Below are positions 56,993-64,000 of a stretch of DNA of 64,000 bases, piece after piece. The stretch is from Eledone cirrhosa (lineage: Eukaryota): contig OZ024745.1 in the NCBI GenBank assembly GCA_964016885.1, positions 98,332,001-98,396,000 of the forward strand, given 5' to 3'. The position numbers were made by a program, and so were the translations under genes. Position 1 is the stretch's first letter. The number at the start of each line of letters is the position of its first letter. The notes below the pieces were generated by a model. That model saw nothing but the letters and a program-made list of their open reading frames with translations. It was not told the DNA's origin and made no database searches.

Positions 56993-57228
56993 CGAAGGAA
57001 ATGTGGTAAGGAACCAGGTGGACCATAACGCACCAAAGTACTCAATACTTGAGGTAGTAGAGTGGGTAATAGGAACCAGTAAGACCCCGACAGCTGAGCT
57101 CAAGCCGTCGAAACGGCTTGAGCTCAGCTGTCGGGGTCTTACTGGTTCCTATTACCCACTCTACTACCTCAAGTATTGAGTACTTTGGTGCGTTATGGTC
57201 CACCTGGTTCCTTACCACATTTCCTTCG

Positions 57229-57230
<2 letters not shown>
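56991..57230. repeat. Perfect palindrome of the Penelope 3' terminus (118-bp arms, 4-nt loop CGAA)
   Basis: Arms 56991-57108 and 57113-57230; symmetry extends into the flanking TA-array variants. Confidence 0.92.
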
Positions 57231-57300
<70 letters not shown>

Positions 57301-57325
57301 ATATATATATAAATATATATCGATA

Positions 57326-57457
<132 letters not shown>

Positions 57458-57554
57458 TCGATATATATATATATATATATATGTATATGTATATGTATAT
57501 GTATATATATATACATATATATATCGATATATATATCGATATATATATATATAT

Positions 57555-57616
<62 letters not shown>

Positions 57617-57707
57617 CGAAGGAAATGTGGTAAGGAACCAGGTGGACCATAACGCACCAAAGTACTCAATACTTGAGGTAGTAGAGTGGGTAATAGGAAC
57701 CAGTAAG

Positions 57708-57801
57708 ACCCCGACAGCTGAGCTCAAGCCGTTTCGACGGCTAATTCTGGACTAAATGAAAGTTTATCCTGGTATTTAAATAGCCGATCTTCTCAAGGGG
57801 T
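57708..57801 (-). ncRNA. Core-variant hammerhead ribozyme (copy in the inverted pLTR)
   Basis: Reverse complement of 60825-60918 with one visible mismatch in the stem II loop. Confidence 0.72.
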
Positions 57802-57933
57802 AATTCCATATATGGTCAAAGTGATTGTCAAAAATCAGTAGTAATTCTGTGGTTGCAAATTAGTAGGGGAGATGGTGGCTAAACCTGCCAGTAGGAGAAA
57901 GAGGGGAGGGGGTGGAGTAGACCCAATCAAGCG

Positions 57934-59697
57934 TTGGTAGTGCCAGCTACAGCTGGGCATGAGGTCAAAGAAGATACAGGGGAGGGGGAGGGGGAGGAAG
58001 TCGGAACGGTAGGTAGAACAATGGGGGGTAGAAATAGGAAAAAAAAAAAAAAAAAAAATACTGAGAGTGAAGAAAGGCAAATAAGTGTAAAGAAAAGTAA
58101 AGTAAATTTTGACCGTAAACCCTCCATCAGGCTTATTAACCCAACGAAGTCCGACATAGGGAGAATCAGCAAAATAATCCTAGACCGCGTGATACCAAAA
58201 GTCAAGCAACACACCCGACTTAGCCTATGGATCAACACCCAGGAAGTAATCTCCTGGTTCAGCAATATGGAGGATAAACGAGAAACTAAATTCATACAGT
58301 TCGACATAGAGAGCTACTATGCTTCTATCACCTTACCGCTACTTACTGCCGCCTTGGACTTCGCCGAAACACTCGTGCCCATCACCGACCAGGAAAGAAA
58401 AATCATCCTCCACGCCAGGAAGACAGTCTTACTCTTTGACGACTCTAAATGGATAAAAAGAGCTCCCGACTCACCCTTCGACGTCAGCACGGGCGCCACG
58501 GATTCGGCGGAGGTCACTGATCTTATAGGATTATTCCTAATAGCCAAACTCACTGATATGTTTCCTGCATTCGGTGGTGGATTGTACCGTGATGATGGGC
58601 TCCTTACCCTTAAAGGGTACAACCCCAGTAGTACAGATCGGGTCCGGAAACAATTAATCAGATTCTTCCGCGACTGGGGATTTAAAATAACCCTACAAAC
58701 GTCCCTGACCCGAGTAAACTTCCTGGACGTAACCCTCGACCTCGAAAACGACCTGTACTACCCATACAGGAAACCTAATGACAATCTGCACTACATCCAC
58801 CGCCGATCAAACCATCCTAGGAACATCACAAACAACCTGGTCAAAAACATCTCCCTCCGCATATCCCGTTTGTCAGCTAATGAGCGGATATTCGATGAAC
58901 ATGCGCCTTATTACAACCAGGCCCTCAAGCGGAGTGATTTCCGGGAGGAAATATCCTACTGTCCAGCTCCCATTAGCGGAACCAGCAGGAGACACCGCCG
59001 CTCACGCAATGTAACATGGTTCAATCCTCCCCACAACGCAGAGGTGACTACTCCCATCGGGAAACTATTCTTTAGGCTCATTGAAAAACACTTCCCATTA
59101 CAACACCGCTACCACAACATAATTAACAAAAATACCATCAAACTCTCTTACAGCACTACACCAAACTTCGCACAAAACATCGTCTCCTCTAACAACAAAA
59201 AACTCAACCCCGATGGCAGAAATAACCTAATTAGCAGTGGAGAACCGACCAGGAGGTGTAACTGCCCGGATAGATCTATTTGCCCACTCGACAATAGATG
59301 CAGAGACCGTAATGTGATCTACCAGTGCAACGTGAGGACGGATACCTCCAACAAAGCCTATATAGGACTTACCGCATGTGACTTCAAGACCCGGCTATAC
59401 CAACATAGACATACCTTCCGAAACCCGGCCCGGCGTCACGCCACTACACTTTCGGGCCACATATGGGACCTCAAGGACAACAACATCACCTATGATCTCA
59501 CTTGGAGATTACTGTCCAGAGCCAATTCTTACACGGGAGGACGCCGTCCGTGCAATTTATGCTCGGAGGAAACTTTACAAATGCTGTTTTCGACGGACCA
59601 ACTCCTAAACAAGAAAGATGAACTGGTTACTGCATGTAAACATAGATTGCGTAGGACTTACCTCGCCCTCAAACCCCATAATGACCCGGGGGGGTAG
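57934..59697 (+). CDS. Penelope-like reverse transcriptase + GIY-YIG endonuclease (uninterrupted frame; first ~58 aa come from the inverted pLTR)
   Basis: RLINPTKSDIG, FIQFDIESYY, GLYRDDGL, VNFLDVTL, WFNPP, CNCPDRSICPL linker, NVIYQC..AYIGLTACDFKTRLYQH, CNLCSEE, NKKDEL. Confidence 0.9.
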   Translation: MVVPATAGHEVKEDTGEGEGEEVGTVGRTMGGRNRKKKKKKNTESEERQISVKKSKVNFDRKPSIRLINPTKSDIGRISKIILDRVIPKVKQHTRLSLWINTQEVISWFSNMEDKRETKFIQFDIESYYASITLPLLTAALDFAETLVPITDQERKIILHARKTVLLFDDSKWIKRAPDSPFDVSTGATDSAEVTDLIGLFLIAKLTDMFPAFGGGLYRDDGLLTLKGYNPSSTDRVRKQLIRFFRDWGFKITLQTSLTRVNFLDVTLDLENDLYYPYRKPNDNLHYIHRRSNHPRNITNNLVKNISLRISRLSANERIFDEHAPYYNQALKRSDFREEISYCPAPISGTSRRHRRSRNVTWFNPPHNAEVTTPIGKLFFRLIEKHFPLQHRYHNIINKNTIKLSYSTTPNFAQNIVSSNNKKLNPDGRNNLISSGEPTRRCNCPDRSICPLDNRCRDRNVIYQCNVRTDTSNKAYIGLTACDFKTRLYQHRHTFRNPARRHATTLSGHIWDLKDNNITYDLTWRLLSRANSYTGGRRPCNLCSEETLQMLFSTDQLLNKKDELVTACKHRLRRTYLALKPHNDPGG

Positions 59698-60553
59698 ACT
59701 AGGGCTATAACACCCCAGTTGCCGATTTTGCAATAGGTAACCCCTGCTTGCCAAGGAAGACGTAAGATCTTCTTTGTATTCTTTTATCGCTTCCTTTATT
59801 TCCTTCCCCCCTCTCCCCTTTGTCCTTCTACCCCAGCTCTTCTCCTTTGTCGGCGTCTTTTCTCGCCCACCCGAGGCTGCCCTTTGGCCCCATGTAGCCT
59901 TAGTACCCCCACCCCCCTCCCCTAGTCTTTGATAGATTTGGCGGACTCCGCCCTTTATAGCAGTTGGCTTAGACCCCGGATACTTGCCCCCTCTTTCCGA
60001 CCGCTCCCACTATTCTCTGTGCCCTCTATATTTCTTAGTGGCACTTATGCCTTATTTTTTCGTTTCAGTATTTCTTGCTTCGCCTTTCTTCTGGGCGGGG
60101 TGGATTCTGAATTTATTTCTCCGTTTTCTACCTTTATTTCGTACGAACTTTCATGTAGCTTGTTTTAGATCTTTTAGAGTTAGCATTAGTATATATTTTT
60201 CTCGGGACTCAGAATTATTATCTCGTACAAGTTCACTTTGCTGCACTGGGTCGTTGCTGGCCCGGGATGGAAACCTTTATTGTTTATTTCGTGGTAGTCT
60301 CTTTAGTATTTTGGCCCCTTTTGTTGACCCGTCACCGTATCATTTACGTACTTATACCTCTTAAAAGGGTCTTTGCTTAATCCGTCCCACCTAGTTCTCT
60401 TACTTATTTCCTTATTTATTCATTTATTTATATTTTTTTACTTCTTTCTTTCTTTCTTTATTTTATTCTCGCCTAACAATAGCCTGACACCTAGGTCGTA
60501 GAATTTAATTTACTTTACTTTTCTTTACACTTATTTGCCTTTCTTCACTCTCA

Positions 60554-60587
<34 letters not shown>

Positions 60588-60824
60588 CCTATTTCTACCC
60601 CCCATTGTTCTACCTACCGTTCCGACTTCCTCCCCCTCCCCCTCCCCTGTATCTTCTTTGACCTCATGCCCAGCTGTAGCTGGCACTACCAACGCTTGAT
60701 TGGGTCTACTCCACCCCCTCCCCTCTTTCTCCTACTGGCAGGTTTAGCCACCATCTCCCCTACTAATTTGCAACCACAGAATTACTACTGATTTTTGACA
60801 ATCACTTTGACCATATATGGAATT

Positions 60825-60918
60825 ACCCCTTGAGAAGATCGGCTATTTAAATACCAGGATAAATTTTCATTTAGTCCAGAATTAGCCGTCGAAACGGCTT
60901 GAGCTCAGCTGTCGGGGT
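60825..60918 (+). ncRNA. Type I hammerhead ribozyme with U3-A8 core variant in the Penelope pLTR
   Basis: ACCCC-TTGAGAA-GA(T)CGGCTA...TAGCCGTC-GAAAC-GGC-TTGAGCTCA-GCT-GTC-GGGGT; three stems and a GUC triplet. Confidence 0.75.
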
Positions 60919-60928
60919 CTTACTGGTT

Positions 60929-61007
<79 letters not shown>

Positions 61008-61163
61008 ATATATATATATATATATCGATATATATATATCGATATATATATATATCGATATATATATATATATCGATATATATATATATATATATATCGA
61101 TATATATATGTATATATATATATCGATATATATATGTATATAGATATAGATATATATATATAG

Positions 61164-61199
<36 letters not shown>

Positions 61200-61206
61200 A
61201 TTTATT

Positions 61207-61384
<178 letters not shown>

Positions 61385-62157
61385 CATATGTATATGTATG
61401 AATATATATATATATGTGCGTGTGTGTGTCTGTTTGTGTCTGTGTGTCTGTGTGGTGTTTGCGTTTGTATGTATGTAAGTGTTTGGCTGTGTAAACAGGA
61501 GAAACAAACAAAACTCAATAGACGAGGTGATTGATATGTATTTCATTTTAACTGCAAAGCTATACCAGTGACTTAAGGGGCAGAAGTTTTGTACTTAACA
61601 GCTCTTTTAACCAGATATAGATGAAATCGAATTTACTGTAATGGGCCTCCTTCGGTTTCGACGATGAGTGTTCCAGCTGTTTGATCAATAGAACAGTCTC
61701 TTCATGAAATTAACGTATAAAAGGAGGCTGAGCATTTTACAAACACATGTATCATTAACGTAATTCCCCGGGGTGGGGGTGATTCAGGGTGACACAGTGT
61801 GTAACAATGCTTGCCCTTTCAATTAGAAATGCAATCCATCCGACGGGCTTCTAAACAGTTTCCGTCTACGCAATTGCTCAAGGTTTTTTCAAGCAGTAGA
61901 ATTGAACTCAATACCGCATTCAGGCATGCTGCGACCACCAGATAGATAAGATGCTATTTTAGTTCCTATATATATATATATATGTCCCCTTTATTTACGT
62001 GTCCCAAGGACTTTTTTTAGCCGTTGCTCGCACCAACCGGAGGTATATGGTCTTTAAAGCGATGAAATACCAATGATGGTTGGAAGATCACTGATGAAGG
62101 ACTAACTTTATTCATATGTAACCCAATAGCAACCACGCAGCACGTTTATTCTTATAA

Positions 62158-62339
<182 letters not shown>

Positions 62340-62417
62340 AATGAGTTATATGGTTCACTGGACTTAGACCATTAAGTTCACATGAAGATATGTCACTATC
62401 TTAATACTAAATATTAT

Positions 62418-62583
62418 AGGGTCGGACGCCATGCTTTGACGCATAGAGTTACGGCCCTTGCCATTCTGAGTTCAAATCCCGCCGAGGTTAACTTTGCCTT
62501 TCATCCTTACGGGGTCGATAAAATAAAGTACCAGTAATACACTGGGTAATTTGCTGGCCTTGTGCCAAAAGTAGAAACAATTA
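62418..62583 (+). mobile_element. SINE family 1 inserted into a family-C HHR element
   Basis: SINE core; ATTATA on both sides; host sequence continues on both flanks. Confidence 0.8.
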
Positions 62584-62644
62584 TATTTTATCTGACGGAA
62601 GCGTACTTAAATATTAGTACCCTTGAAATACGTATAATGAAATA
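62584..62644 (+). ncRNA. Hammerhead family C copy 5 (core mutated: CTGACGG)
   Basis: TATTTTAT-CTGACGG-AAG-C-GTACT..AGTAC-C-CTT-GAAA-TACGTATA-ATGAAATA. Confidence 0.65.
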
Positions 62645-62698
62645 AATATGGTCTTATAAAGCTATTTTCCACTTATTAATATTATTAATATGTATATG

Positions 62699-62809
<111 letters not shown>

Positions 62810-62888
62810 GTATAATTGGAATTTTTTTTCTCGCCCTCACGTAGCTGATACATAAATGTAAGTATGCATACGTACACATATATATATG

Positions 62889-62919
<31 letters not shown>

Positions 62920-64000
62920 ACACACATACATATATATATATAAACATATACACACACATATATATATATACACACACGCGCACACACACACACATATATA
63001 TATGTACGTATGGGTTATATCGAACATTAACAATAATATTCGATTCATTTGTAAACAAACGGTCCGATTAAAGCTGTGCCGTGCCGATGACAAGTTATCA
63101 TCCGTTTGTTCAACAGTGGCATTGAGGAACAATCAACATGTTTCTGGGTCATCACCCTTCATCACGACTGATATCCTCTCAATGATGATAGAATTACCAG
63201 CCTCCACATGTCAACAACACGTAATGATACCCCGTCATATTAACTTTGAAATTCTCACGATACTAGACATGTTCTTTTCCCCTCACTCATTGAAAAGTGT
63301 ATCTTTGCCCGAAATATCAAGGTAAAGCAGAAAAATATCAGGGAGATGTTGTGTAGTAAGAGAGCACCAGTGAGCACAAACCTTGCTGGTTTAAATGTTG
63401 AGAGAGAAAGAGTGAGATTGTTCGATTATATATAATATTTGAGGACTTGGTTGTTGTTTAGAACATTTTAGTTCTTCGATAAAATCTCATTATACCCGTT
63501 CAATTTGATATTGAAATATTGTGAAACAAAGAGAAAATGAAGACATCTGTTAAGTACGGATAGAGTTAATTATTAGTCATCCAGAGATTTGATACGACGT
63601 TCAAATACTCGGATCAGTTGTGTTAATAGAAGTTATTTATAACAAGAAAAGTTTGTACTGATATGATATCTGTGTGGAGATGTTATGAGGTGTTTGTATT
63701 ACAGAGTGAATGCGTTGATGACTAACGTGTGGCTTACTAACCTGCGTGTGTTATGACTTGAATGAGACAACCTGCCATATTAGGCAAGCTGCCACAGATG
63801 AAGTCGCGTCGAGCGTCACACAGCAGGATAAATAAAAAGAACACTGCTGAGTTGTGTTGAGATCAGAGTGACAAGAGAGAAACATAGGCGAGATGAGGTC
63901 AATATACTCCTTCATTCCATCATAGATATACTAAGCCATGACGTTAGAGTTATGTTGGTCAGTGTTACATACTGTTTTCGCCACACATACATACATGCAT

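Larger units (their letters stand above)
57615..60932 (+). mobile_element. Penelope-like element (Naiad-type), 5'-truncated with inverted pLTR, in (TA)n
   Basis: RT+GIY-YIG ORF; 57694-58108 is a near-identical inverted copy of 60507-60932; (TA)n on both flanks. Confidence 0.9.

Noticed and set aside
59600-60500. Selenocysteine/SECIS usage as reported for some Naiad PLEs
   Set aside because: The ORF has no in-frame TGA and ends in TAG; I could not identify a SECIS by eye
62085-62130. CTGATGAAGG hammerhead-like start
   Set aside because: No stem II closure or downstream GAAA

Overview
Eukaryotic, AT-rich, almost wholly repeat-derived DNA. The tRNA-like SINE family and the heavy (TA)n/(CATA)n/(GT)n load resemble octopus/cephalopod genomes, but that assignment is an inference. 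I found no convincing host-gene exon, and most ORFs in the track are microsatellite artefacts. Main contents: two minisatellite arrays (43 bp; 31/29 bp) with higher-order structure; three decayed R4/Dong-like RLE non-LTR retrotransposons sitting in (CATA)n; two internally deleted head-to-tail RTE derivatives; L1/Tx1 fragments, two of them in (TATC)n; an internally deleted Helitron and a small non-autonomous one; several MITE-like inverted repeats; about 10 SINE copies; and a young Penelope-like (Naiad-type) element with an open RT+GIY-YIG frame and inverted pLTRs. The most notable hidden layer is about 10 type I hammerhead ribozyme (HHR) motifs folded by eye. They comprise a dispersed (TA)n-embedded short-element family with a covarying stem II and a conserved C-C mismatch, a same-strand HHR pair 450 nt apart (retrozyme-like), two minimal Penelope-type HHRs, and a U3-A8 core-variant HHR in the Penelope pLTR that is also the fold-back point of a long palindrome. 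All RNA folds and family assignments are manual and need computational and biochemical confirmation.
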